NCBI GenBank assembly: GCA_002429045.1
Contig: DIYM01000017.1
Span: 5,580-69,579 of the forward strand
From: Phycisphaerales bacterium UBA6054
GTDB lineage: Bacteria > Planctomycetota > Phycisphaerae > Phycisphaerales > UBA1924
DNA length: 64,000 nucleotides
Direction of reading: 5' to 3'
A program made the translations under genes and the position numbers. Below the pieces are notes generated by a model. That model did no database searches. It saw only the letters and a program-made list of their open reading frames with translations, and was not told the DNA's origin. Positions 1 through 9,346 of this stretch are shown here, in pieces; within the stretch, counting starts at the first letter, position 1, and each line of letters opens with the position of its first letter.

Positions 1-1
1 G

Positions 2-541
2 AGCAAGGACGAGGGTGTCCGCGCCGGGTCGTCGGCCGACACGCTCGCCAAGCTCCGCCCCGCGTTTACCAAGGACGGCTCGGTCACCGCGGGCAACGCG
101 TCGCAGATCTCCGACGGTGCGGCGGCCACGATCGTGATGAGCGAGTCCAAGGCCTCCGAACTCGGCGTCGCCCCGATCGCCAAGATCGTGTCGTACGACA
201 CCTCGGGCGTCGATCCCAAGGACATCTTCGCGGCGCCCATCACCGGCGTGAAGGGCGCGCTCGACAAGGCCGGATGGTCCGTGGACGATGTCGATCTGTT
301 CGAGATCAACGAGGCGTTCGCCGCACAGGTGCTGTGCAACGTCAAAGAACTCGGCATCGACGAAGCCAAGCTGAACATCACCGGCGGCGGCGTCGCGCTC
401 GGTCACCCGATCGGTGCGTCCGGCGCACGCGTGCTGGTGACCCTGCTGCACCAACTCAAACGCACCGGCGGCAAGAAGGGCGTCGCCGCCCTCTGCCTCG
501 GAGGCGGCAACGCGGTCGCGATGTGCGTTGAGATGGCGTGA
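2..541 (+). CDS. acetyl-CoA C-acetyltransferase (thiolase), C-terminal part; 5' end lies outside the window
   Basis: Frame is open from the window edge (…[21 protein letters not shown]…). C-terminal [11 protein letters not shown] and [15 protein letters not shown] are thiolase signature regions. Confidence 0.9.
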   Translation, partial: SKDEGVRAGSSADTLAKLRPAFTKDGSVTAGNASQISDGAAATIVMSESKASELGVAPIAKIVSYDTSGVDPKDIFAAPITGVKGALDKAGWSVDDVDLFEINEAFAAQVLCNVKELGIDEAKLNITGGGVALGHPIGASGARVLVTLLHQLKRTGGKKGVAALCLGGGNAVAMCVEMA

Positions 542-636
542 ACGGACCAAAGACCGCAAGTTAGCACGGAATAACCCGCAGGGCGTGTCGGTTTCTTATC
601 GCGTCGGCATCACGCCGATTCGGAAAGGAGCCAGCC

Positions 637-780
637 ATGAGCACCCAACGTCACCCAACCCGGACCGTCCCTGTCTCTGCCCGTTCGAACGGGCTTGCGC
701 TGCTCCTGGGCGTCGGTTCATACATAGCCCTGATCCCGGTCGCCTTGGCGCTTGCGTGCGTCGCCGCGTTTGGTGTTTGA
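637..780 (+). CDS. small hydrophobic ORF (47 aa), possible membrane peptide
   Basis: Not in the ORF track (<60 aa). ATG at 637 follows AAAGGAG by 7 nt. Translation MSTQRHPTRTVPVSARSNGLALLLGVGSYIALIPVALALACVAAFGV has one clear TM helix. Confidence 0.25.
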   Translation: MSTQRHPTRTVPVSARSNGLALLLGVGSYIALIPVALALACVAAFGV

Positions 781-877
781 GCCCGCTCGGATCCGAGATC
801 CGGAACACACTGCGAACTGACGGCCGCCCTCTTCGGAGGTCGGGCGTCGTCGCGTGCTCATGCCGCTACGCTCGGGC

Positions 878-1567
878 ATGCCATTCACCATCCTCATTAC
901 CGGCGCGAACCGAGGGATCGGGCTCGCACTCGCGAAGGAAGCCGCCGCCCGAGGGGACCGGGTCATCGGCACGGCCCGTGCCCCGGGCTCTGCCGACGAA
1001 CTCCGGCCGGTCGCAGATCGCGTTGAGCCCCTGGACGCCGACTCGGACGGGTCATGCCGTCTGCTTGCTGCGTCGCTCGGCTCAGAACCGGTCGACATCC
1101 TGATCAACAACGCCGGCATCTCGCCGAAGCGGTCCGGACAACTCGCAGACTTCGATCCGGAAGCGTACCTCCAGTGCCTGCGGACGAACTCGGTCGGACC
1201 GCTGCTGGTCACGCGGGCTCTGCTGCCGAACCTCGAGGCAGGCCGGAAGAAGTTGATCGTCCAGATCTCCAGCCAGATGGGCAGCCTGGGCGATGTCGCA
1301 CGCGATGGCAACACCGGCGGGCTTGCGTATCGGAGTTCGAAGTCGGCGCTGAACATGGCCAGCCTGCTGGTCGCCAATGAACTCAAGCCGCGTGGTATCG
1401 CCTGCGTCGTGATGCACCCGGGCTGGGTCCGAACGGATATGGGCGGGCCCGAGGCCCACCTCGGGCCCGAAGAGTCCGCCCGGGCGATGCTGGACACCAT
1501 CTCCGGGATGTCCCTGGCGGACAGCGGGCGATACGTCCGCTACAACGGCGAACCGATCGCGTGGTGA
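878..1567 (+). CDS. short-chain dehydrogenase/reductase (SDR) family oxidoreductase
   Basis: ILITGANRGIG cofactor-binding motif (TGxxxGIG), NNAG, and YRSSK (YxxxK catalytic motif). Start placed at the third in-frame M (MPFTILITG). Confidence 0.85.
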   Translation: MPFTILITGANRGIGLALAKEAAARGDRVIGTARAPGSADELRPVADRVEPLDADSDGSCRLLAASLGSEPVDILINNAGISPKRSGQLADFDPEAYLQCLRTNSVGPLLVTRALLPNLEAGRKKLIVQISSQMGSLGDVARDGNTGGLAYRSSKSALNMASLLVANELKPRGIACVVMHPGWVRTDMGGPEAHLGPEESARAMLDTISGMSLADSGRYVRYNGEPIAW

Positions 1568-1681
1568 CCCCGCTTGGCGGGCCTCATTTCGGGCCCCGCC
1601 GCCTACCATCGTGGCCCAGGAACCAACGCCACCACCGGGGCTCCCGGCGGTGTCCATTCTCGATCGAAAGCACGTGATCCG

Positions 1682-3469
1682 ATGCCGAAACGCACGCAGA
1701 CCTGCGGCCAGCTCACCGCCGAACACACCGAACAGACCGTGACGCTCAACGGGTGGGTGAACGCCTACCGCGGGCATGGCCAAGGGCTCGTGTTTGTGGA
1801 CCTGCGTGATCGCGATGGCATCACCCAGGTGGTCTTCGAGCAAGGCTCAACGCCGGACGGGGTCGTGGAAGCGGGCGGGCGTCTGCGGAACGAGGACTGC
1901 ATCAGCGTGACCGGGTCTGTTCGGATGCGCGAGAAGTCCAACCCGAAGATCCCGACCGGCGCGATCGAGGTCGTGGTCGATTCGCTTGAGGTGCTCTCGA
2001 AGACCGCGCGGCTCCCGTTCGTTCCCTCGGACGAGAAGAACCTGCCCGACGAAGAAACCCGTCTGCAACACCGGTACCTCGACCTCCGCCGCCCACAGAT
2101 GCAGGAGATCCTGCGCCTGCGTCACCGGGTGGCCAAAGCCACCCGCGACTACTTCGACGCCAATGGTTTCCTCGAAGTCGAGACGCCGATGCTGTGCCGA
2201 TCGACGCCCGAAGGCGCCCGGGACTTCCTCGTGCCCTCTCGCTTGCAGGCGGGCATGTGGTACGCGCTCCCGCAGTCTCCCCAGCTGTTCAAGCAGATCC
2301 TGATGATCGCTGGCTGCGACAGGTACCTCCAGATCGTCAAGTGCTTCCGCGACGAGGACCCGCGCGCCGACCGCCAGGCCGAGTTCACGCAGATCGACCT
2401 CGAGATGGCGTTTGTCGACCGCGAGGAGGTGCTCGATGTCATGGAGGGCTTCGCACGCACGCTCTGGAAGGACGTGCTCGGGGTCGAACTGCCCGAGTTC
2501 CCCCGCATGACCTATCGGGAGGCGATGGACACCTACGGCATCGACCGCCCGGACACCCGCTACGACCTGCGCCTGCACGACATCTCCGACCTGGCCGGGC
2601 AGACCGAGTTCGGCGTGTTCACCGGCGCACTGGAGCAGCCGAAGGGTGTGGTCAAGGCGATTCGCGTGCCCGGCGGGGCGGACAGAATCAGCCGGAAGGT
2701 TGCGGACGGGTATGCCAAGTTTGTCCAACAGTTCGGCGCCGGCGGCGTGCCGTTCACCAAGGTCTCTGGCGGCTCGTTCGAAGGCGGCGTGGCCAAGTTC
2801 GTCGAGCCGATCAAGGACGCGCTGTTCCAGCGTCTCCAGCTCAGCGACGGCGACGCCGTGCTCTTCGGCGCCGACACCTACAACACATGCACCAAAGCGC
2901 TCGGCGAGCTCCGCCAGAAAGTCGCCCGAGAGATGGACCTCATCCCCGAAGGCGAGTGGAACTTCCTCTGGGTCTACGACTTCCCGATGTTCGAGTGGGA
3001 CGAAGAAACCGAGCGTTTTTATGCCCTGCACCACCCGTTCACAGCGCCCACGCCCGAAGAGTCCGAGCGGTTCCTCGCGGCCGACGCGACGGATGTTGAA
3101 ACCGTCGAGTCGATCGTTTCCGACGGGTACGACATGATCTGCAACGGCTCCGAGATCGGTGGCGGCTCGATCCGCATCCACCGCCAGGATGTCCAGAGCA
3201 AGGTCTTCAGCCTCCTCGGCCTGTCCGAGGACGAGGCCAAACTGAAGTTCTCCTTCCTGCTCGACGCCCTCTCGTACGGCGCCCCACCCCACGGCGGCGT
3301 CGCGTTCGGGCTCGACCGCATCGTGATGCACATGGCCGGCACCGAGAACATCCGTGAGGTCATCGCGTTCCCCAAATCGATGACCGGCGTGGACCTGATG
3401 TGCGAGGCGCCCAATGTGGTCGATCAGCAGCAGCTCGGAGAACTCCACGTCAAGAGCACCGTCACCTGA
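1682..3469 (+). CDS. aspS: aspartate--tRNA ligase
   Basis: N-terminal OB-fold region (VTLNGWVNAYRGHGQGLVFVDLRDRDGITQVV). Class II motifs FRDEDPRADRQAEFTQID and GGGSIRIH…GLDR. Start at internal ATG 1682 (MPKRTQTCGQLT). Confidence 0.95.
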   Translation: MPKRTQTCGQLTAEHTEQTVTLNGWVNAYRGHGQGLVFVDLRDRDGITQVVFEQGSTPDGVVEAGGRLRNEDCISVTGSVRMREKSNPKIPTGAIEVVVDSLEVLSKTARLPFVPSDEKNLPDEETRLQHRYLDLRRPQMQEILRLRHRVAKATRDYFDANGFLEVETPMLCRSTPEGARDFLVPSRLQAGMWYALPQSPQLFKQILMIAGCDRYLQIVKCFRDEDPRADRQAEFTQIDLEMAFVDREEVLDVMEGFARTLWKDVLGVELPEFPRMTYREAMDTYGIDRPDTRYDLRLHDISDLAGQTEFGVFTGALEQPKGVVKAIRVPGGADRISRKVADGYAKFVQQFGAGGVPFTKVSGGSFEGGVAKFVEPIKDALFQRLQLSDGDAVLFGADTYNTCTKALGELRQKVAREMDLIPEGEWNFLWVYDFPMFEWDEETERFYALHHPFTAPTPEESERFLAADATDVETVESIVSDGYDMICNGSEIGGGSIRIHRQDVQSKVFSLLGLSEDEAKLKFSFLLDALSYGAPPHGGVAFGLDRIVMHMAGTENIREVIAFPKSMTGVDLMCEAPNVVDQQQLGELHVKSTVT

Positions 3470-3548
3470 GCGTGATGATCCGACCACCCGAACGCCCTCT
3501 GCCGGAAGACGAACCGGAACGGGGCGGCAGACGAGCCCTGCCGCCAGC

Positions 3549-4310
3549 TCATCCCGCCGGGTCCATGCGCCGGCTGTCGGTGGTGTAGGGCTGCTGCCCG
3601 GTCAGAACGCGGTCGTAGAACAGCATCCAGCCCCGGGCCTGATCGAGGGGCATCTCCTCGTTCGATGATGGAACCGTTCCGTCATCGAAGATCAACTGGA
3701 TGCGCCCCGATCCGAGTTCTCTCCGCGAGTACGACCCGCCATCGATCTCGCCGACCAGCAACTCTGTGACGACATCACCGCCCCGCTCTGAGGCCTCTCG
3801 CGCCATCGCCCGGAGCTTGAGCGATCCGTCCTCGTAGAACTCGATGATCTGGCCGGTCAGACGCCCGTCCTTGTGGGTCATGCCGCGTTTGATACCCCCG
3901 CCCGGGTGGAGCTCGACCGAGGGCCCCTGCAGCTTGCCGTCGACGACACAGCACAGCAGCCTCGGCGAGCCGTTCGGGTGCATCGCGTTGAGATATCCGG
4001 AAAACACCGCGTCGGACTCTCCGACCAGGTACAAGCCGGACCGGAACACGACGCCCTCGAACGGCGTGGTCTCTCCCGCCTCGAACAGCCCAACCAGCCG
4101 GTCACGGTCCTGCCCCGGCGTGCCGTTGGTCAGGTCGACGCCCTGCTGCGCAGCCGACAGCACCACCGACGGGCTCGGATCCGACTCCGGCGCGGTCGCG
4201 GCGGGGCGGGCCCGTACCGCGTACAGCACAGCCGCTCCGGCGATCGCGATGACCCCCACCCCGATGATGACCCGGACCGTGTCCGCCGAACCCTCGCCGT
4301 AACTCATCAT
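3549..4310 (-). CDS. membrane-anchored MORN-variant / YwqK-like repeat protein
   Basis: Start at ATGATG (4310) with GGAGG just upstream. One TM helix (VRVIIGVGVIAIAGAAVLYAV), then repeated G-x-x-G…Y/F-x-x-G units resembling the YwqK/MORN-variant family. The upstream part of the 413-aa track ORF is Arg/Ser-rich and judged non-coding. Confidence 0.55.
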   Translation of the reverse strand: MMSYGEGSADTVRVIIGVGVIAIAGAAVLYAVRARPAATAPESDPSPSVVLSAAQQGVDLTNGTPGQDRDRLVGLFEAGETTPFEGVVFRSGLYLVGESDAVFSGYLNAMHPNGSPRLLCCVVDGKLQGPSVELHPGGGIKRGMTHKDGRLTGQIIEFYEDGSLKLRAMAREASERGGDVVTELLVGEIDGGSYSRRELGSGRIQLIFDDGTVPSSNEEMPLDQARGWMLFYDRVLTGQQPYTTDSRRMDPAG

Positions 4311-4479
4311 GGACCTCCCATCAAGCCAAGAACGGCAATGCCGTCCGCCGCCAAGACAAACACGTAGTCGGCGGAGACACTCCACGCTTTCACCCCCCCA
4401 CCCTACACGATTCCGCACAACGGAGTCTCGTATGTTCACGGCATGACGCTGGATAGCATGGCCGAAGGAGGATCCGAGC

Positions 4480-4740
4480 ATGCTGCCCCCGACTCGCAAA
4501 GACGAACGCCTCGCCATGCCCAAACGCCGGGGCATCGGGACCGATGGCGGCCCGGGCTGCCGCGGTATATGGCTCGACCGGGGGGAACTCGACGAGGTCA
4601 TCCAGCGATCCACCCGCGATGCCGAGCCGCCCCGCCTGAGCGGGCACGACCGCCCCCACCACCCGTCACCTGGCGGCAGCGAGTACACCAAGCACAAGCG
4701 CCAAAGCCCGACGCTCTGGCTCAAAGAGATCTTCGACTGA
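4480..4740 (+). CDS. TFIIB-type zinc-ribbon family-like small protein (degenerate)
   Basis: AAGGAGG upstream of the ATG. CRGIWLDRGELDEVI and C-terminal …WLKEIFD resemble the zf-TFIIB (PF13453-like) small-protein family, but the N-terminal Cys pair is missing. Confidence 0.5.
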   Translation: MLPPTRKDERLAMPKRRGIGTDGGPGCRGIWLDRGELDEVIQRSTRDAEPPRLSGHDRPHHPSPGGSEYTKHKRQSPTLWLKEIFD

Positions 4741-4807
4741 GCATCGCGGCGAACGTACGACGCGAACCGAAGCACATCACTCCCAATCACCAGCCCGGAG
4801 GCCGCCC

Positions 4808-5188
4808 ATGCCCAAGGTCACCGTCATCGCCGGTCTCGTTCTCATCGCCCTCGGCCTCCTCGGCTACTTCGTGTTCGGGGGTGACGACCCCCACATCACG
4901 GCGCTCATCCCCGCCTTTGTGGGCGTGCCGATCGCCCTTCTGGGTCTGGTCGCGTTCAGCAGCGGCGCACGCAAGCACGCGATGCACGTCGCAGCGGTGC
5001 TCGCGGTGCTCGGGTTCCTCGCGCCGCTCGGGCGCTTGATCCCCAAAGCCACCAGCGGGGAACTCGAAGCGAACCCCGCCACGTTCATCAACGTCGGCAT
5101 GTCGGCGACGTGCCTCGTCCTCGTGCTGCTCTGCATTCGGAGCTTCATCGCTGCCCGCAAGGCGTCCAAGTCCCAGGCGGGTGTTTGA
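4808..5188 (+). CDS. small integral membrane protein (about 4 TM helices)
   Basis: 126 aa, hydrophobic throughout (VIAGLVLIALGLLGYFVF…, VGVPIALLGLVAF…, VAAVLAVLGFLAPLG…, ATCLVLVLLCI…). No family recognised. Confidence 0.5.
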   Translation: MPKVTVIAGLVLIALGLLGYFVFGGDDPHITALIPAFVGVPIALLGLVAFSSGARKHAMHVAAVLAVLGFLAPLGRLIPKATSGELEANPATFINVGMSATCLVLVLLCIRSFIAARKASKSQAGV

Positions 5189-5189
5189 G

Positions 5190-6002
5190 TCAACCCGCCG
5201 GCGTGATCTGCCCGCGGAGATAGGTGACCGCGTGCCCCGAGATCTCGATCCGCCCGGGCCGGTCCTCGGGCAGGTGCAGCCACAGCTCCCCCCCGCGTTT
5301 GGCGACCTGGTGAGCGGTCAGTCGTCGCTTGCCCAGCCGTTCGCTCCAGTAGGGCCCGAGCATGGTGTACAGCGAACCGGTCACGGGGTCCTCGTCGATC
5401 CCCACGGCCGGCGCGAACAACCGAGCCACAAAGTCATGCCCCGCGCCCGGCGCGGTCACGCCGACGGCGCGGACGCCCTCGATCCCCGCCAACGCCGGGA
5501 AGTCGGGCCTGAGTTCATGGACGTGCCGCTTGTGCCCGTAGACGCAGATCAGGTCGTACGAGTGGTACACCTCGTCGGGCATGATGCCGAGGGCCCCGGC
5601 GAGCCCCGCGGGCGGGTCGATACGCTCGATGGGGATGGTCGGGAAGTCCAGGGTGATCAGCCCGTTCTCGCCGCGGGTGACGGTGAGGACGCCCGACGAG
5701 CGTGACCTGAACCGGATGGCGTCGAGCTCGCAGCCGAGCTCGTTCCAGAGAACATGCGCCGTCGCGAGCGTCGCGTGCCCGCAGAGCGCGACCTCGGCCG
5801 CGGGGGTCATCCAGCGGAGCTCGTAGTCCGCGTCATCGCCCGCCCACGGCACGTAGAACGCGGTCTCGGAGAGGTTGTTCTCCTGCGCGATCGCCTGGAG
5901 CACGGCGTCATCGAGCCAGGCATCCAGCGGCACCACGGCGGCGGGGTTGCCGTCGAAGGGACGGGCGGCGAAGGCGTCGACTTGAAACAGTTCTGTCACC
6001 AT
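5190..6002 (-). CDS. PhzF-family phenazine-biosynthesis-like isomerase
   Basis: N-terminus QVDAFAARPFDGNPAAVV…LSETAF, plus later CGHATLA and DPVTGS, are PhzF/DAP-epimerase-fold signatures. Confidence 0.85.
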   Translation of the reverse strand: MVTELFQVDAFAARPFDGNPAAVVPLDAWLDDAVLQAIAQENNLSETAFYVPWAGDDADYELRWMTPAAEVALCGHATLATAHVLWNELGCELDAIRFRSRSSGVLTVTRGENGLITLDFPTIPIERIDPPAGLAGALGIMPDEVYHSYDLICVYGHKRHVHELRPDFPALAGIEGVRAVGVTAPGAGHDFVARLFAPAVGIDEDPVTGSLYTMLGPYWSERLGKRRLTAHQVAKRGGELWLHLPEDRPGRIEISGHAVTYLRGQITPAG

Positions 6003-6036
6003 TCACAGGCTGCCGATCCATCCGGCTTCGCAGATG

Positions 6037-7347
6037 TCAAAGCTGGTCCGCACGACCGACGTCCCCCACGAGCACCAGCGGGCTTGGCTTGTTCTCGATG
6101 TCCGAGTCGGGCAGCCGAGGCGATCCCCGGCCCTGCCCCTCTTGATCTGAGCTGGGCGTTTGTTCTCGGATGGCCTTACGCACGCCCTCGACTTCATCGC
6201 ACAGCCTCTGCCGAGCATCACCCTTGCGCTCGTTGACGAGATGCTTCATGATGGCCGAGATCGCATTGGGCAATCGCGGCCTGTAGTAAGCCCTGTTCGA
6301 GTCTGGGTAGAACTCCGGGCGAGTAGCGAGCCAGAGCCATTGGCTGTTGTGCGAATCCGCAGGATGATCTAGGCTGACGATCGGGATGCCGTGGAATCGC
6401 GCAACGCTCCGGGAGGCTCTGAGCATCACGATCATCGAGGCGAGCCATTGGAACTGCCCGAACGCCGTTCGGTATCCATCGATCTGACGAACCCGATCGA
6501 TGAAGCACTTCCACGTGTTGTAGGTGTCAACAATCTGGGGCCCGGACATCCCATCTAACGTCTTGATCCCATAGCACTTTCTCGCCACGCCGAGCCCCAG
6601 CTGCTCATGGTTCATGAGGTGGCCCCAGACGAAAGAGAAGAGCGGGAAATAGTCCATGATGGTTTTGACCAACTCCGGGTTCACCCGGGGGCGCCCGTGA
6701 GCTCGTTGGACCACCGCGTGGGTCGGGGAAGCGATCACCTCGATCACCCGGTCATACTCCCTCCAGAACGCGTCTGAGTCCTGCTTGATCGCCGGGTGTT
6801 CCTTGGCGACCCGGAAGCGGATCGCGGCATCAAAGAGCTCCATCCTCGGGCGGCGGCGATGGCGGTACATCCACGCGAGGTCGGCCATGAACTCGTTCTC
6901 GTCCTTGCGGAACACTTCAACGGTGTGCCGCAGGTGATCCAGTGTCCTCCAGCGCACCGACTGCTTGTCGTCTGCGATCTGTTTGATTCTCCCGAGCACG
7001 CTTTGGCGGAGCGCCACAAGGGCACCGAGCACAATGATCGGGATCGTCAGCGGAGCAGCGAGGTAGGTATCCGGCAGTTCGATGAGTCGCGGCGCAACCC
7101 AGTCCCGCCCGCCTCCGGAACGGATAAACCAGTCCCCTCGGGCGAGCATCGACTCAACCGGCGTCTTCGTGACGGCGACAAACAGGGGCCAGACCAGCAC
7201 GAGCAGCACCGAGGCCCCGACGAGAGACAGGAGCGTCCATCCCCAATACTCGCCGAGGAACCTCTTCCATCGACGCCTTTGGCTCGAGGCTCTGTCTTGC
7301 TGCCGGATTTCGCTGGCGATCTCGTACAGCGGCCCACGCGGTGTCAC
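6037..7347 (-). CDS. hypothetical membrane protein (437 aa), overlaps the hppD stop by 4 nt
   Basis: Proposed GTG start at 7347 overlaps the hppD stop (GTGA). Two predicted TM helices (WGWTLLSLVGASVLLVLVWPLFVAV; LAAPLTIPIIVLGALVAL) precede an unrecognised domain of about 300 aa. A 120-nt hand count gave about 56% GC, below its neighbours. Confidence 0.5.
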   Translation of the reverse strand: MTPRGPLYEIASEIRQQDRASSQRRRWKRFLGEYWGWTLLSLVGASVLLVLVWPLFVAVTKTPVESMLARGDWFIRSGGGRDWVAPRLIELPDTYLAAPLTIPIIVLGALVALRQSVLGRIKQIADDKQSVRWRTLDHLRHTVEVFRKDENEFMADLAWMYRHRRRPRMELFDAAIRFRVAKEHPAIKQDSDAFWREYDRVIEVIASPTHAVVQRAHGRPRVNPELVKTIMDYFPLFSFVWGHLMNHEQLGLGVARKCYGIKTLDGMSGPQIVDTYNTWKCFIDRVRQIDGYRTAFGQFQWLASMIVMLRASRSVARFHGIPIVSLDHPADSHNSQWLWLATRPEFYPDSNRAYYRPRLPNAISAIMKHLVNERKGDARQRLCDEVEGVRKAIREQTPSSDQEGQGRGSPRLPDSDIENKPSPLVLVGDVGRADQL

Positions 7348-8540
7348 AGATTGCCCCGCCGCTCCTGCTCGAGTTCGAGCGCCTCGAACAGCGCCTTGAA
7401 GTTGCCCTTGCCGAAGCTCTGGCTCCCGCGCCGGCTGATGATCTCGAAGAACAGCGTCGGGCGGTCCTGCAGCGGCTTGGTGAACAGCTGGAGCAGGTAG
7501 CCCTCGTCGTCGGCGTCCACCAGGATGCCCAGGTCCTTGATCCGCTCGTGGTCCTCCTTGACCGCCTCGTGCCCGTGGTCGGTCAGCGTCTTGTTGACGC
7601 GGTCCCACACGGCTTCGTAGTAGGTGTCGGGCAGGCTGAGGAAATCCACACCGCGGGCGCGGAGGGCGGCGACCGACGCCAGTTCGTCGTCGGTCCGGAG
7701 CGCGAGGTGCTGGACGCCGGGCGTCATGCTGTGCCACTCCAGGTACTCCTGGATCTGGCTCTTCTTCTTGCCCTCGGCCGGTTCGTTGATGGGCATCTTG
7801 ATCAGGTTGTTGCCGCTGGCCATCACCTTGGACATCAGGGCCGAGTACTCGGTCGAGATGTCGGCGTCGTCGAAGTGCTTGAACATCTTGAACTCGAGCA
7901 CATTCTCGTACCAGTCCACCCAATAGTTCATCTTGCCCTCTTCGACGTTGCCGACGAGGTGATCGACGAACATGAGCCCGGCGGGGTTGGCGGTGTTGTA
8001 CGCGTTCACGGGCGAGTCGATCTTCTTGAAGACGGGCATGAACTCGGCGTCGCCGCGCTTGATGTTCTCGAGCGCGTAATGACCGGTGCGGGAGACGAAG
8101 GTGTGGATCACACGCCCGTAGGTCTTGATCGACGCGACGGTCACCGTGCCTCTGTCGTCCCTGATCTCGCGGGGCTCCTGGGCGGGCTCGGCGCCGTTGG
8201 CGACGGCTCGCTCGTACGCCGCCCGGGCGTCCTCGACGGTGAACGCGACATCCTTGACGCCGTCGCCGTAGAGCTTGATCTCCTCGGCCGCGGGGTGCGT
8301 GTCGTTGAGCGGGCTGGTGAGCAGCAGGCGGATGTTGCCCTGGGTGAGCAGATAGTCCGCCTCATCGCGGCTGCCGGTCGTGAGGTCGGCGACCTGGGAG
8401 ATGTTGAACCCGAAGGTGTGGGCGTAGAAATAGGCCGCCTGCTTGGCGTTGCCGACGTAGAACCGAACATGGTCCACGTCGATCAGTGCCAGCGGATCGG
8501 TCGTCACTGACGGTGCGGTCTGGGTGGACGCGGTGGTCAT
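7344..8540 (-). CDS. hppD: 4-hydroxyphenylpyruvate dioxygenase
   Basis: 398 aa with two VOC modules. C-terminal …LFFEIISRRGSQSFGKGNFKALFEALELEQERRGNL is the characteristic HPPD tail. DHVRFYVGNAKQAAYFY lies at the N-terminus. Confidence 0.9.
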   Translation of the reverse strand: MTTASTQTAPSVTTDPLALIDVDHVRFYVGNAKQAAYFYAHTFGFNISQVADLTTGSRDEADYLLTQGNIRLLLTSPLNDTHPAAEEIKLYGDGVKDVAFTVEDARAAYERAVANGAEPAQEPREIRDDRGTVTVASIKTYGRVIHTFVSRTGHYALENIKRGDAEFMPVFKKIDSPVNAYNTANPAGLMFVDHLVGNVEEGKMNYWVDWYENVLEFKMFKHFDDADISTEYSALMSKVMASGNNLIKMPINEPAEGKKKSQIQEYLEWHSMTPGVQHLALRTDDELASVAALRARGVDFLSLPDTYYEAVWDRVNKTLTDHGHEAVKEDHERIKDLGILVDADDEGYLLQLFTKPLQDRPTLFFEIISRRGSQSFGKGNFKALFEALELEQERRGNL

Positions 8541-8701
8541 AACGGCATGTCTCCAAGCATCTTGGGCGGTTCGGTGCCGGCACGCCGGCGGGAGCCCAGG
8601 TCCCTGATCGGATCATATCCGGAACAGGCCCCCTTCTCCAAGGCGCCACACCCCTCGCGGCCTGGCGAGCCCCGACGCCCGGACCGGGTATCCTGAAACC
8701 C

Positions 8702-9286
8702 GTGAGCGAGCAGACACCGCACATCCAGGCCGAGTTCGCGGAAGCCGCGCGGGTCGCCGCGTTGCTGGCCGGGGATACCGAATCCGCCAACCGCGTCGCC
8801 AGGGTCGCCGAGGCGATCGCCGAACGGGTCCGCGCCGGGGGCAAGATCCTCGCGGTCGGGAACGGCGGGTCCTGTGCCGATGCCGTGCATTTCTGCGAAG
8901 AACTGACCGGGCGCTATCGGGACGACCGCCCGTCGATCGCCGCCATCGCCTGCGCCGACGCGGGCCATATCACGTGCACCGGAAACGACTACGGGTTCGA
9001 CAGGATTTTTAGCCGCTGGGTCGAGGGGCTCGCCCGCCCCAACGACACCGTCGTCGCCCTGTCCACCAGCGGCAAGAGCGCCAACATCATCGACGCGGTC
9101 CGGGCGGCCCGGGAGCGGGGACTCTTCGTCGTCCTGCTGCTCGGCAAGGACGGCGGGCTCCTCCGCGATTCGGGCGACGAGACCTGGATCGTCCCCGGAG
9201 CGACCGCCGACCGCATCCAGGAACTCCACATGCTGATCCTCCACAGCCTGGTGGGCGCGATCGAGCGATCGATGGGATTTGTGTAA
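8702..9286 (+). CDS. gmhA: SIS-domain phosphoheptose isomerase (GmhA/DiaA family)
   Basis: GTG start. KILAVGNGGSCADAVHFCEELTGRY and ALSTSGKSANIIDAV are typical GmhA SIS motifs. Confidence 0.7.
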   Translation: MSEQTPHIQAEFAEAARVAALLAGDTESANRVARVAEAIAERVRAGGKILAVGNGGSCADAVHFCEELTGRYRDDRPSIAAIACADAGHITCTGNDYGFDRIFSRWVEGLARPNDTVVALSTSGKSANIIDAVRAARERGLFVVLLLGKDGGLLRDSGDETWIVPGATADRIQELHMLILHSLVGAIERSMGFV

Positions 9287-9346
9287 AGCTAGGAACAACT
9301 CTCCGCTCTAGAAAGCCCGTTCGCGGCCGGGGCCATACACTCAGCC

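Noticed and set aside
8600-8630. Small palindrome CCGGAT-CAT-ATCCGG in the hppD/gmhA divergent intergenic region, considered as an operator
   Set aside because: It is a single 6-bp half-site palindrome with no second copy or known regulator nearby, and could easily arise by chance.
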